A stretch of 64,000 nt of DNA from Gammaproteobacteria bacterium (GTDB lineage Bacteria > Pseudomonadota > Gammaproteobacteria > CBDBNL01 > JAAOII01): the NCBI GenBank assembly GCA_965207705.1, contig OZ242292.1, forward strand, positions 1,033,309-1,097,308, read 5' to 3'. Positions 1 through 9,327 of the stretch are shown here, one piece after another. Each line of letters starts with the position of its first letter. The stretch's first letter is position 1. The position numbers and the translations under genes are program-made. The notes beneath the pieces are model-generated. The model did not search any database, was not told where the DNA came from, and saw only the letters and a program-made list of their open reading frames with translations.

Positions 1-478
1 TCCCTACCATCCGGAAGGAAGCTTCCTTTATAATTAATCCCATATGAGGATATACCTTCTATTTTTCCATCTGGATAGTCTATCCGTTGCACTTCATTTG
101 GATATGTGGTTAACTTCGTCCCATCTGAGGCTATGAACTCTTGCCTGCCGCTCGGGTAGTCAATCGCCTTCCCCCCATTTGCATATATGAGTTCCATCCT
201 TCCATCAGAGTACCTCCTTCCTCTATAATTAGTCCCGTCTGGGGATGTACCCTCTATCCTACCATCCGAGTATTGGGTCACCTTATGCCCATTTATCTCT
301 ACAGTCACGTTTATAAATCCCTGAGTTTCTACTTCATCGCTATCATAAGTGAATACAGGGATAGCATCTCTTTGTATGGTGTTTGCCCCATCATATCCAT
401 ATGTGGTAAAAGTACTGCAAGCACCAATAAAAAGCCCCGGTAAAATAGTTCCACATAAAAATATTGTTATTCTTTTCA
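1..478 (-). CDS. Octapeptide-repeat (x[YF]PDGxK; loosely MORN-variant-like) lipoprotein, N-terminal part only; the ORF runs off the window start
   Basis: Reverse-strand ATG at 478 gives MKRITIFLCGTILPGLFIGACS... (signal peptide with lipobox IGAC), followed by SDGR/YPDG/SDGT repeats. There is no stop before position 1, so it is absent from the ORF track, which needs an in-window stop. It is a paralogue of 966..1934. Confidence 0.6.
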
Positions 479-501
479 TATTATGATCTCCTGTAATCTA
501 T

Positions 502-855
502 CTATTCTACTCTGCCATCTGGGTAGATGGTTTTCTTGTTCCCGTTTGGAAATATGACCACTGTCTTGCCATCAGGGTGGCTGGTTTCCGTTTGCCCATC
601 TGGAAATACAATCTCTCCTCTACCATCTGGATATCTAGTTTGAGTTTGTCCATCCAGAAATGCGAGTACTCTCCTACCGTCGGGATAGGCAGTTAACTTT
701 CCTTTATCAGGATCTGCTCCAACACCCACCGCTTCTATAAGGTTTTGCAAACTATTGATTAACTTTTCCCCTGTATCTTCTACAGCATAAGCTTCATTAA
801 TAATACCCCCTCCTATTAACATAGTCGTTACCAAAATTTTTATTGCGTACTTCAT
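502..855 (-). CDS. Small secreted repeat protein of the same YPDG/FPDG octapeptide-repeat family
   Basis: 117-aa ORF with an N-terminal hydrophobic signal (MKYAIKILVTTMLIGGG) and a C-terminus of YPDGRRVLAFLDGQTQTRYPDGRGEIVFPDGQTETSHPDGKTVVIFPNGNKKTIYPDGR repeats. Confidence 0.5.
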   Translation of the reverse strand: MKYAIKILVTTMLIGGGIINEAYAVEDTGEKLINSLQNLIEAVGVGADPDKGKLTAYPDGRRVLAFLDGQTQTRYPDGRGEIVFPDGQTETSHPDGKTVVIFPNGNKKTIYPDGRVE

Positions 856-965
856 ATAAATATCTTTTTTTATTCTCGCCTAATATGTCTATTATCATAA
901 CATAATAACAAGTAATCCCCTGTAATTGTATTGCCAGCAAATAAACAGAAGCAATATTAATAATC

Positions 966-1934
966 TTATTTAACTTCTCGTCTCCCGTTTGGATATACCC
1001 ACTCCTTCCTGCCATCTGAATGTTCGGTTACCTTAGTTCCATCTGGGTATATAGCTTCTTTTCTCCCATCCGGATAGATCTTTCCTTTATAATTAGTGCC
1101 ATCTGGTAATATACCTTCTATCCTGCCATCTGGATATTCGGTTATCTTGTTTCCATCTGGGAGCTCAGTTACCTTAATTCCATTTAGAAATATGGTCTCC
1201 TTTCTTCCGCCTGGAAATACGGACTCCTTTTTTCCGTCTGGATATTCAGTTATCTTGCCTCCTTCTGGAAATATAGCCACTGTTTTACCATTTAGGTAGG
1301 TTATTAATTTATTGCCATCTGGATATTCGATCATCTTGCTCCCTCCTGGAAATATAGACACTTTCCTGCCGTCTGGGTAGGTGGTGGACCTTCCTACACC
1401 TGGAAGTATATGCACTTTCCTGCCGTCTGGGTAGGTGGTTAGCTCACCCACCTCTGAGGATATAAACTCTTTCTTGCCATTCGGAAAGGTTGTTAGCTTA
1501 CTCCCGTCTGAGGATATAGACTCTTTCCTGCCATTCGGAAAGGTTGTCAGTCTACCCCCATCTGGAGATGTAGTCTCCTTTTTTCCGTCTCGATATATAA
1601 TTACCGTTTTCCCATCTGGGAATATGGTATGTTCCCTGCCATCTGGGTAGGTGGTTTGTGTTTGCCCATCTGGGAATATGGTATGTTCCTTACCATCTGG
1701 GTAGGTGGTTTGCGTTTGCCCATCTGGGAATATGATCTGTTTCTTGCCGTCTGAGTAGGTAGTTAGCTTTCCTCTATCAGGGTCTTTTGCTTCATCACTC
1801 TCGTAAGTGAACACGGGTATAGGTTCTCTTGGTGTAGTATCTACCCTGTCATACCCGTTTGTAGGGAAAGTTCTGCAAGCGCTAATAAAACTCCCTATTA
1901 AAATGCCCACCAAAATTTTTATTATGATCTTCAT
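966..1934 (-). CDS. Octapeptide-repeat (x[YF]PDG[KR]xx) lipoprotein
   Basis: ORF 966..1958. The likely start is the internal ATG at 1934 (MKIIIKILVGILIGSFISAC, lipobox ISAC). About 30 consecutive 8-residue units such as TTYPDGKEHTIFPDGQTQ follow. The plus-strand ORFs 1096..1299 and 1435..1650 are antisense shadows of this repeat. Confidence 0.65.
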   Translation of the reverse strand: MKIIIKILVGILIGSFISACRTFPTNGYDRVDTTPREPIPVFTYESDEAKDPDRGKLTTYSDGKKQIIFPDGQTQTTYPDGKEHTIFPDGQTQTTYPDGREHTIFPDGKTVIIYRDGKKETTSPDGGRLTTFPNGRKESISSDGSKLTTFPNGKKEFISSEVGELTTYPDGRKVHILPGVGRSTTYPDGRKVSIFPGGSKMIEYPDGNKLITYLNGKTVAIFPEGGKITEYPDGKKESVFPGGRKETIFLNGIKVTELPDGNKITEYPDGRIEGILPDGTNYKGKIYPDGRKEAIYPDGTKVTEHSDGRKEWVYPNGRREVK

Positions 1935-2024
1935 ATAAATATCTCTGTATTCAATCAATTTAGAATTTCTATTATTATAGCATAAGAGTAAGTTGCCTCC
2001 CTTATTCTCGTTGGGGTTCTGGTT

Positions 2025-2291
2025 CTAGTAGCCTTTGCGGGGGTCTCCTCGCACAACAACACAATCTCTACTATATAAACCATCTGTTGTATACTCATTC
2101 TCACCATATTTTATCTCTATATTACATTGCCATCTGTTAAAAGAAGAAACCACGATATTTAGTGTTTGGGTGAATACAATAATAGTTAGTAATATCAGTA
2201 ATACCCTACCTATTAATTTAATGAACCTTCTATCATCCATACCCATATATATTTTCTCCTCTATTGACTTAATAATTTTTCTGGTGCTCAT
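2025..2291 (-). CDS. Hypothetical small membrane protein (88 aa)
   Basis: ORF with one predicted TM helix (VLLILLTIIVF). It overlaps a plus-strand ORF of similar size. No recognisable family. Confidence 0.3.
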   Translation of the reverse strand: MSTRKIIKSIEEKIYMGMDDRRFIKLIGRVLLILLTIIVFTQTLNIVVSSFNRWQCNIEIKYGENEYTTDGLYSRDCVVVRGDPRKGY

Positions 2292-2312
2292 ATATAATAT
2301 CCTCTAATTTAA

Positions 2313-2341
2313 TATAAAAAATGAGAACGAATTCGTTCTCC
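2313..2341 (-). terminator. Intrinsic-terminator-like hairpin
   Basis: Perfect 18-bp palindrome gagaacgaattcgttctc at 2323..2340, preceded on the plus strand by AAAAAA at 2315..2320. On the minus strand this reads as a stem-loop followed by a U-run. Confidence 0.45.
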
Positions 2342-2693
2342 CTACAATCTATCTATTCTATATGCTATAGGTGGATGGGTTTCAAACATCTTGGCTATGA
2401 ATCCCTCTAGAGGCTCTTCTAATACTTGCATTTTTTCTAAAAATGTATCCAGTAATTATAAGACATGCCTCCTCTTCTTAATTATCTCAGCAAAGTTTAT
2501 AGTGCGGTCTGGCTCATCACTCAGCGCCTCCTTAACATCGCTTTCCGCTATAGTGTTTATCTGGATAATTAGTGAGCTTATGTCTTTATCTTTAATCTCT
2601 TGAAGGACATCTATTGCCTCGCCTCTTTCTGCAGGCTCTTTATAACCGTGCCTTAGATAACAATCAGCGAGAGTTATAAAACTATAATAATTC

Positions 2694-3224
2694 TTACTCG
2701 AACTTACAACTTGCTTTCATCTTAGCTAATGCGGATTGGAATCCTATAAGGGAATAAGTAAACGTTATATCACCTATTGAGTAATAATTTATCCTTATTA
2801 AAAACTCATTCTGCTTTTTCATGTCTTCAAGTGCAGAATATTTATTACCACCCGTGAATAATAACCATCTTGAGTTCACTATTTTATAATATTGTCTCCC
2901 TGGCTCACCATGAGGTTTAAATATATGAGTGAGTATGACATCATTGCCATCCCTTCCAGTGGGATGAAGGTAATCAAAAGATAAATATATTGAATAATTG
3001 AGGTTTCCCGTTTGAGTATAGAAAAGTCTGGTGTCAATGTCTCTTTTGTTATTTTTACCCAAAGGGCTATAGACATGTCCGGTTATTTTCCCTGTTATTT
3101 CATCTTTATCGCAGCTATAATCCCAACCCTCAGCTTTTACTTCGATTGGTGCTAGGATTATAAGAGTAGTAAGTACCACTGAGAATAATGCACATAGCGT
3201 TTGTTTAATTTTATTTAGTTTCAT
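2694..3224 (-). CDS. Secreted hypothetical protein (176 aa)
   Basis: ORF with a typical Sec signal peptide (MKLNKIKQTLCALFSVVLTTLIILAPIEVKA). No recognisable domain. It lies in the AT-rich surface-protein cluster. Confidence 0.55.
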   Translation of the reverse strand: MKLNKIKQTLCALFSVVLTTLIILAPIEVKAEGWDYSCDKDEITGKITGHVYSPLGKNNKRDIDTRLFYTQTGNLNYSIYLSFDYLHPTGRDGNDVILTHIFKPHGEPGRQYYKIVNSRWLLFTGGNKYSALEDMKKQNEFLIRINYYSIGDITFTYSLIGFQSALAKMKASCKFE

Positions 3225-3302
3225 AGAGAGTTCCTTTTTATATATTTCTATTCTACATCATTTTAAATGGGATAAGAATACTTGAATTAATTATGGATGC
3301 AC

Positions 3303-3388
3303 TACGCGAGCATATCGATAGTACATCACAAGAGTTAGGCATCTTGCGGGCGGAGCGCAGCTCCGCCCCTACAACAGACCTGCGTAGT
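3303..3388. repeat. Hairpin repeat element, copy 1
   Basis: Stem gggcggagc (3348..3356), loop gca, stem gctccgccc (3360..3368), with conserved flanks gttaggcatcYtgcg and cctaca..gacctgcgt. Near-identical copy at 16024..16106 and a diverged copy at 37330..37400. All three lie just 3' of minus-strand genes. Confidence 0.7.
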
Positions 3389-3406
3389 CAGTTCAATCGC
3401 TTTACT

Positions 3407-5974
3407 TTATGGACGCTGGGCGGCTAAGCCACCGGGAGTGCAGGTGAGCGCGGGGTATTCGGAAGCAGTACCAAAGTCCCAAGCACGGGTCATGCCATCA
3501 GGACACGTTTCTGTTGTCCAATCTGCATAAATCATATCAGGCACAGCATTTGTTGAGTTCTGCAAGCCCTCGGTGCTTCTGCTTGCTTCTGGGTATAAAT
3601 CATTACTTCCTATTGTTTTTGTTACGCCGCTGGTCTCGTTATTCCAATAGGAGTTGGTGATGTTGGCTACCAGGTTTTTGGTGGTGGCTACCCCAAAGCC
3701 AACCAGACCACCATTATTCGGAGAACCACTAATAGACATGCTTGTAGCATAAGACGAGGTGATGGTACTCCCACGCCCATCACCAACCAGACCTCCAACA
3801 ATATCGTTTTTATTCTCGACACTCCCTATTGACGCATAAGACGAGGTAATCTCGCTCCCCGGCCCATTACCAACTAGACCTCCAACCGTCCCAAACCCTT
3901 TAACAATCCCGCCTGACGCATAAGACGAGGTAATCTCGCTCCCCGGCCCATTACCAACTAGACCTCCGACTGTAGTGCCCCCAATGACTCCTCCTACTGA
4001 CACATAAGACGAGAGGATGGTGGCATCCATCCCTCTACCAATCAAACCGCCGATACTTGAACCACTAGATTCAACCATAATCGTCCCCTCCGCGGAGCTA
4101 TTTATAATGCTCGCTCCATTGGCATGACCAGCCAACAGCCCTACATTTCTATTATTAGTGCCAGTAATGCTGGCAGAACGGATATGAACATTGCGCAACT
4201 GCACCCCCTCAGCAATCGCCCCAAACAGACCGACCGCATTTGCATAATCACCAGTAGGATTTGTTATAGTAAGATTGCTAATTACATAACCATTGCCGTT
4301 AAAAGTGCTACTGAAGAATACGGTTGTAGAAGTGCAAATACTAGAACTAACGGTGGAGCATCTGCCAATTGGCTGCCAGTTATCGCCATTATAGCCAGCA
4401 AGGGAGATGTTAGCGACAAGCTCATAGCCGCTGCATACTGTGATATCCTCGCCAGCCATGGTGCCATTGCCGCAGCCCTCGTCATTGCCAGCAGCGTCCG
4501 CAGTTGCTTTGAAGGATGTGCCTTGAAGGTTATGGCGGGTTTGGTTAAGCTCGTCCGCAGTGGTAATTTCTATTAATCCATCGCCGTCTTCATCCACATC
4601 CAGGAAATTAACTAAACCGTCTCCATCTAAATCAGGTCCAATAGCTACGGTAACGGTTTGTGGTATAGTTGCTTTGCCAGCATCGGTGCCGTTTAATGTC
4701 AAACTAACAATAAAATTATAGTATCCTTCCACATCTAGTCCATCTATGAATTCCTGCACCTCAATGCCACGGATTGTTTTGGCTGGGTCTATTATGGGGG
4801 GCAAGTCCACCAAAGAATCAGAACCTCTTTGGTAGCCTATGCTAATGCTCCCTATGTGCTCACCAGGATTAGTCCATATAAGAAGGGCACTCCTGTCGCC
4901 AGGTATCGCCCGTAACCCTATCACTGAAACAGCAGCGGTCGCGGTGATAAAAGGCGCAACACCTTCCCTGCCTGCATAGATGCCACCTAAGGTTAAACTA
5001 ACAGTGAAGGTATAGGATTGTCCGTTGGTTAATCCAGGTATAGTTTCTTCCACTCTAATATTAGGGTTTAGTTTAGCGCCGCTTGTTATACGAGTATTTT
5101 CTTCTTCATTAGTAATAGGATCTAAATAGCTTATGTCAATTGCTATTATATTATTTCCCACAGCGGGATTCATCCAGCTAAGCGTTATGCTTTCATGACC
5201 AAGAACCGCTTCTAATCCTATTACTGGGAATACGTTAGGAGTTGCCGTGGCAGTTGACGCAACAGGGTTTTCCCTGCCAGTATCAGTGCCGTTTAATGTC
5301 AAACTAACAGTGAAGGTATAGGATTGTCCGTTGGTTAATCCAGGTATAACTTGTTCCACGTTATTGCCATTGGTTAGTTGAGAGCTGCTTGTTATAGGAA
5401 AATTTCTCGTTACACCAGCAACAGTATCTGGGTAGCTTATGTCAATCCTTGCTATTTGCGCGGCAGGATTAGTCCAGCTAAGAGTCACATTGCCAGCGCC
5501 TGCAACTACAGCTAATCCTTCTACTGCAAAGATGTTAGGAGTTGCGGTGATAGATTGTACCGCGCCTTCCCTGCCAGCATCTGTGCCATTTAATGCCAAA
5601 GTAACATTGAAGGTATAAGATTGTCCGTTGGTTAATCCTGTTATGACTTGCTGGACGTTAGTTCTGCTGGTGTTTAGTTGAATGTCGTTTGTTATTACGA
5701 TTGGAGGTCTTGGGTTGGCAGAATTAGGTATTGGATTACTAGAATTGGTGATTCCGTAGTTTATGCTAATGTTTGCTATTGACGCGGCAGGATTATTCCA
5801 GCTAAGAGTTACATTGCCAGCGCCGGGGGCTGCTTGTAAATTCATTACTGTGAATTTGATGGGGGGAGTGGGAGGCACAGTAACTGAGACGCCATTGTTG
5901 ACGCCGCCTCCTTCACAAGCAGCGAGGAAAACTGTAAACGTAGTCATTATAAGAATCGTGTTAATATGTTTCAT
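3407..5974 (-). CDS. Large surface lipoprotein with repeated Fn3-like ~90-aa modules, then a Gly-rich C-terminal region of GGLVG-type (GLUG-like) repeats
   Basis: ORF 3407..6004. The likely start is the internal ATG (MKHINTILIMTTFTVFLAAC, lipobox LAAC). It has four to five degenerate modules (NVTLSWxNPAA...GLTNGQSYTFTVSLTLNGTDxGRE) and about seven C-terminal units (VGGLVGNGPGSEITSSYAS). Confidence 0.7.
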   Translation of the reverse strand: MKHINTILIMTTFTVFLAACEGGGVNNGVSVTVPPTPPIKFTVMNLQAAPGAGNVTLSWNNPAASIANISINYGITNSSNPIPNSANPRPPIVITNDIQLNTSRTNVQQVITGLTNGQSYTFNVTLALNGTDAGREGAVQSITATPNIFAVEGLAVVAGAGNVTLSWTNPAAQIARIDISYPDTVAGVTRNFPITSSSQLTNGNNVEQVIPGLTNGQSYTFTVSLTLNGTDTGRENPVASTATATPNVFPVIGLEAVLGHESITLSWMNPAVGNNIIAIDISYLDPITNEEENTRITSGAKLNPNIRVEETIPGLTNGQSYTFTVSLTLGGIYAGREGVAPFITATAAVSVIGLRAIPGDRSALLIWTNPGEHIGSISIGYQRGSDSLVDLPPIIDPAKTIRGIEVQEFIDGLDVEGYYNFIVSLTLNGTDAGKATIPQTVTVAIGPDLDGDGLVNFLDVDEDGDGLIEITTADELNQTRHNLQGTSFKATADAAGNDEGCGNGTMAGEDITVCSGYELVANISLAGYNGDNWQPIGRCSTVSSSICTSTTVFFSSTFNGNGYVISNLTITNPTGDYANAVGLFGAIAEGVQLRNVHIRSASITGTNNRNVGLLAGHANGASIINSSAEGTIMVESSGSSIGGLIGRGMDATILSSYVSVGGVIGGTTVGGLVGNGPGSEITSSYASGGIVKGFGTVGGLVGNGPGSEITSSYASIGSVENKNDIVGGLVGDGRGSTITSSYATSMSISGSPNNGGLVGFGVATTKNLVANITNSYWNNETSGVTKTIGSNDLYPEASRSTEGLQNSTNAVPDMIYADWTTETCPDGMTRAWDFGTASEYPALTCTPGGLAAQRP

Positions 5975-6101
5975 TACTTTGGTTGTTAATGTAAATACTG
6001 TCATAATTAATATCCTTTTGGTTTAAGTTCAATAGATATAATATTATATAACATAATTCAAGCAAATAATTATTAATAATAAACTGGTTTATAATTTCAT
6101 T

Positions 6102-8390
6102 ATGACTACATCACATGTTTTGGGGTTCCCGCGCTTGGGACCTGATAGAGAATATAAAAAAGCGCTTGAGAGCTATTGGAATGGCAAGATTGATGCCAAT
6201 AAATTGGAGGAATTAGGAGCTGAAATTCGCCGCCAGAATTGGCGCGCCCAGGAAAATGCCGGGTTAAGCTTTGTAACCGTTGGCGACTTTGCCTGGTATG
6301 ACCACATACTTAATGTATCGGCTATGATAAATGCCGTCCCAGCCCGTTTCACATATTCCAGCCCAGTAGATATAAACACAGTATTTCGCATGGCTCGTGG
6401 CCGCGCCCCTGTAGGCAAGGATGCTCATGCTTGCGAAATGACCAAATGGTTTGATACCAACTATCACTATATAGTTCCCGAGCTTCAGTCCGAGCAACAA
6501 TTTGCATTAACCTATTGCCCATTGTTTGAGCACATAAAAGAGGCGCAACAGCAAGGACATAGCGTGAAGGTTGTTCTGCCTGGTCCCGTTAGTTATTTGT
6601 GGCTTAGCAAGTGCGTTGGCGCTGAGTTTGACAAACTATCACTATTAGATGGTGTGGTTGCAGTTTATGAAGAAGTGCTCGCTAAAGTTAAGGATATGGA
6701 TGTGGAGTGGGTGCAGATTGATGAGCCCATTCTTACATTGGATTTACCCGATGATTGGCGCGCCGCTTACGCCACTGCTTATAAGCGGCTAAGCGCAAAG
6801 TCCCCCAAGATAATGCTTACCACTTATTTTGGTGGCATGGAAGAGAACTTTGCCGCAGTGAAGGATTTGCCCGTAGCTGGCTTGCATTTTGATGCAGTGC
6901 GTAGCGATGAATGGCAGCAGTTGGCGTCACAGTTACCACAAGACAAGGTGCTTTCATTAGGAGTAATTAATGGTAGAGATGTATGGCGCGCTAATTTGCA
7001 ACAAGTAGCAGACACGCTAAAACAAGCATCTTCATTACGCCCCTCTGGCAGCGAGCTATGGGTTGGTAGCTCTTGTTCCTTGATGCACTCTCCTGTTGAT
7101 TTAACCACTGAGACCAATCTGGACGATGAGTTAAAGCAATGGCTTGCTTTTGCCACGCAAAAATGCCAAGAAGTTGCTCTGTTGGCTAAAGTCCTGGATG
7201 ACGACCTAAATGCTGAAGACCAGCAAGCGCTTGCCGCCAGCACTGCCGCTGCTGAAGAACACAAGGTGTCGGAGCGTATTCATAAGCAAGAAGTTGCCTC
7301 AAGAGTTGCGGCGATAAACGCAGATATGGAAAAACGCGCTTCTCCTTTTACGCAACGAGCCGCTGCTCAAAAAGAGCATATTAATCTACCCGCGTTTCCC
7401 ACCACTACCATAGGTTCTTTCCCGCAAACTAGCGAAATTAGAGTGCTGCGTGGCAAGTTCAAACGTGGCGAAATTAACGAGGAGAGTTATGTAGCAGCAA
7501 TGAAAAAAGAAATTGCCCAAACGGTAGCCAAACAAGAAGAGATTGGTTTGGATGTGTTAGTTCACGGCGAGCCAGAACGCAATGATATGGTGGAGTATTT
7601 TGGCGAGCTGTTGGATGGAGTTGCAGTAACCTCAAATGGTTGGGTGCAGAGTTATGGCTCGCGCTGCGTTAAACCGCCCATTATTTATGGTGATGTTTCT
7701 CGTCCTGCCGCTATGACTGTGCCTTGGTCTGCTTATGCCAAAGAAGTTACAGATAAGCCGATGAAGGCAATGCTCACAGGTCCAGTTACCATCTTGTGCT
7801 GGTCTTTCGTGCGCGATGATATAAGCCGCGCTGCTGTGGCGAGGCAGATAGCCCTAACATTACGCGATGAAACAGTAGATTTAGAAAAAGCCGGCATGCA
7901 GATGATCCAAATTGATGAGCCAGCTTTACGTGAAGGTCTGCCTTTGAGGAGACGCAACTGGCAAGAATATCTTGGCTGGGCAGTGGAAGTGTTTCGCTTA
8001 TCATCCTGTGGAGTGAGAGATGAAACTCAGATTCACTCTCACATGTGCTACAGCGAATTCAATGACATCATAGAATCAATCGCGGCGTTGGATGCGGATG
8101 TCATTTCCATTGAATGCTCGCGCTCTAAGATGGAATTGCTGGATGTGTTTGATAAGTTTAACTATCCCAATGAGATAGGTCCTGGGGTATATGACATTCA
8201 TTCACCTTTAGTACCGCCAAGTGTAGAAATGGAAGAGTTGTTGGAAAAGGCAGCTAAACGGATACCTGCGGAAAGGTTATGGGTAAACCCCGATTGTGGT
8301 TTGAAAACCCGCGCCTGGCCCGAAACCACAGCAGCCCTTAAGAACATGGTGGCGGCTGCCATTACTATGCGTCAAAAACATAGTGCTTAG
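6102..8390 (+). CDS. metE: Cobalamin-independent methionine synthase (5-methyltetrahydropteroyltriglutamate--homocysteine methyltransferase)
   Basis: 762-aa ORF with the two-domain MetE layout and conserved blocks (MTTSHVLGFPRLGPDREYKKALESYW, C-terminal Zn-site region HSHMCYSEFNDI...IECSRS). Confidence 0.95.
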   Translation: MTTSHVLGFPRLGPDREYKKALESYWNGKIDANKLEELGAEIRRQNWRAQENAGLSFVTVGDFAWYDHILNVSAMINAVPARFTYSSPVDINTVFRMARGRAPVGKDAHACEMTKWFDTNYHYIVPELQSEQQFALTYCPLFEHIKEAQQQGHSVKVVLPGPVSYLWLSKCVGAEFDKLSLLDGVVAVYEEVLAKVKDMDVEWVQIDEPILTLDLPDDWRAAYATAYKRLSAKSPKIMLTTYFGGMEENFAAVKDLPVAGLHFDAVRSDEWQQLASQLPQDKVLSLGVINGRDVWRANLQQVADTLKQASSLRPSGSELWVGSSCSLMHSPVDLTTETNLDDELKQWLAFATQKCQEVALLAKVLDDDLNAEDQQALAASTAAAEEHKVSERIHKQEVASRVAAINADMEKRASPFTQRAAAQKEHINLPAFPTTTIGSFPQTSEIRVLRGKFKRGEINEESYVAAMKKEIAQTVAKQEEIGLDVLVHGEPERNDMVEYFGELLDGVAVTSNGWVQSYGSRCVKPPIIYGDVSRPAAMTVPWSAYAKEVTDKPMKAMLTGPVTILCWSFVRDDISRAAVARQIALTLRDETVDLEKAGMQMIQIDEPALREGLPLRRRNWQEYLGWAVEVFRLSSCGVRDETQIHSHMCYSEFNDIIESIAALDADVISIECSRSKMELLDVFDKFNYPNEIGPGVYDIHSPLVPPSVEMEELLEKAAKRIPAERLWVNPDCGLKTRAWPETTAALKNMVAAAITMRQKHSA

Positions 8391-8416
8391 GGGGGTATAA
8401 GAGACACATTATTTGA

Positions 8417-9295
8417 ATGAGCTTTAATAGGCAGTCCAACGGAGGCATTGGCTATAGCTTGGAGATATTCCCTCCACGCGACCCAGATAAACAGCTTAAC
8501 CACTGGCAAGCGGTTGCCGCATTTTCTCAGCTTAATCCTTCTTTTATAAGTGTAACCTGCGGGGCATTTGGCGGCGAAACCACAATGACGAAGGAAGTTG
8601 CCCTGCGCTTGCAGTCAATGGGAGTAGAACCAGCAGTCCACTTTACCTGCATGGGTAAAAGTGAGGCAGAAGTGCGTGAAATAATCCAGGATTACAAGAA
8701 GTGCAGCTTCAAATATCTCATAGCCCTGCGCGGTGACTACCCTATGAATAGCAGCAAAGAATCACTTAATCAATTAAAAAATAAACCAGGAACTCTCCAA
8801 TATGCTTATCAATTGGTTGAGGTATTAGCCGACATAGGTGGCTTTGATGTAACTGTAGCTGCCTACCCTGAAGGGCATCCCGAGTCCAAGTCATTGGATC
8901 AAGATATACAATATCTTAAAGCCAAACTTGATGCTGGCGCTGAACGCGCCATAACTCAATTCTTCTTTGACCCTGATGTGTTTCTTAGGTTTCGCGATAG
9001 GGCTGTCAAGCTTGGTATAACTAAACCAATAATTCCTGGCATTCTCCCTATTTTGAACATAGACAAAGTGACGCGCTTTGCTGGCAAATGCAAGGTGGAT
9101 GTTCCGCAGTTTTTACTCAATATGTATGAAGGAGTGCCGCGCCAATCCGCCGACCATAAAATATTGGCGATGAATATTCTGAGCCATCAGATTACCCGCC
9201 TAATCACAGAGGGAGTGGACTTTTTTCACTTTTATACTTTGAACGAAATTCCGCTTAATACTCATATTTGCCGTTGGCTTAAAGCTGGTTTTTAG
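8417..9295 (+). CDS. metF: 5,10-methylenetetrahydrofolate reductase
   Basis: 292-aa ORF 26 nt after metE. MetF-like blocks (SLEIFPPR, LNPSFISVTCGAFGG, AYPEGHPE). Confidence 0.9.
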   Translation: MSFNRQSNGGIGYSLEIFPPRDPDKQLNHWQAVAAFSQLNPSFISVTCGAFGGETTMTKEVALRLQSMGVEPAVHFTCMGKSEAEVREIIQDYKKCSFKYLIALRGDYPMNSSKESLNQLKNKPGTLQYAYQLVEVLADIGGFDVTVAAYPEGHPESKSLDQDIQYLKAKLDAGAERAITQFFFDPDVFLRFRDRAVKLGITKPIIPGILPILNIDKVTRFAGKCKVDVPQFLLNMYEGVPRQSADHKILAMNILSHQITRLITEGVDFFHFYTLNEIPLNTHICRWLKAGF

Positions 9296-9327
9296 TTAAA
9301 TCTTTCTTTAATTGTTATAATAGGTTA

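Noticed and set aside
141-443. Plus-strand 100-aa ORF, and similarly 1096..1299 and 1435..1650
   Set aside because: They lie antisense to the octapeptide-repeat lipoprotein genes. Their Pro/Ser/Ile-rich translations are reverse-complement shadows of the YPDG repeat codons. The minus-strand frames carry the signal peptides and the repeat logic.
2323-2340. EcoRI site embedded in a perfect palindrome as a possible R-M related signal
   Set aside because: A single GAATTC within a terminator stem. There is no reason to link it to the distant R-M module at 28-30 kb.
2391-2603. 70-aa plus-strand ORF
   Set aside because: Low-complexity Ser/Leu/Ile translation with no signal or domain. The opposite strand carries a more protein-like start-less frame and a terminator, so this is more likely a decayed gene.
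4124-4576. 150-aa and smaller ORFs (4282..4485, 5763..6026) inside the GLUG lipoprotein gene
   Set aside because: They are antisense or overlapping frames within a long, well-supported minus-strand gene. The compositions are artefacts of the Gly/Ala-rich codons.
6005-6101. Possible riboswitch or leader upstream of metE
   Set aside because: The spacer is only ~97 nt and extremely AT-rich. It lacks the conserved GC-rich helices expected for an S-box, B12 or SAM riboswitch.
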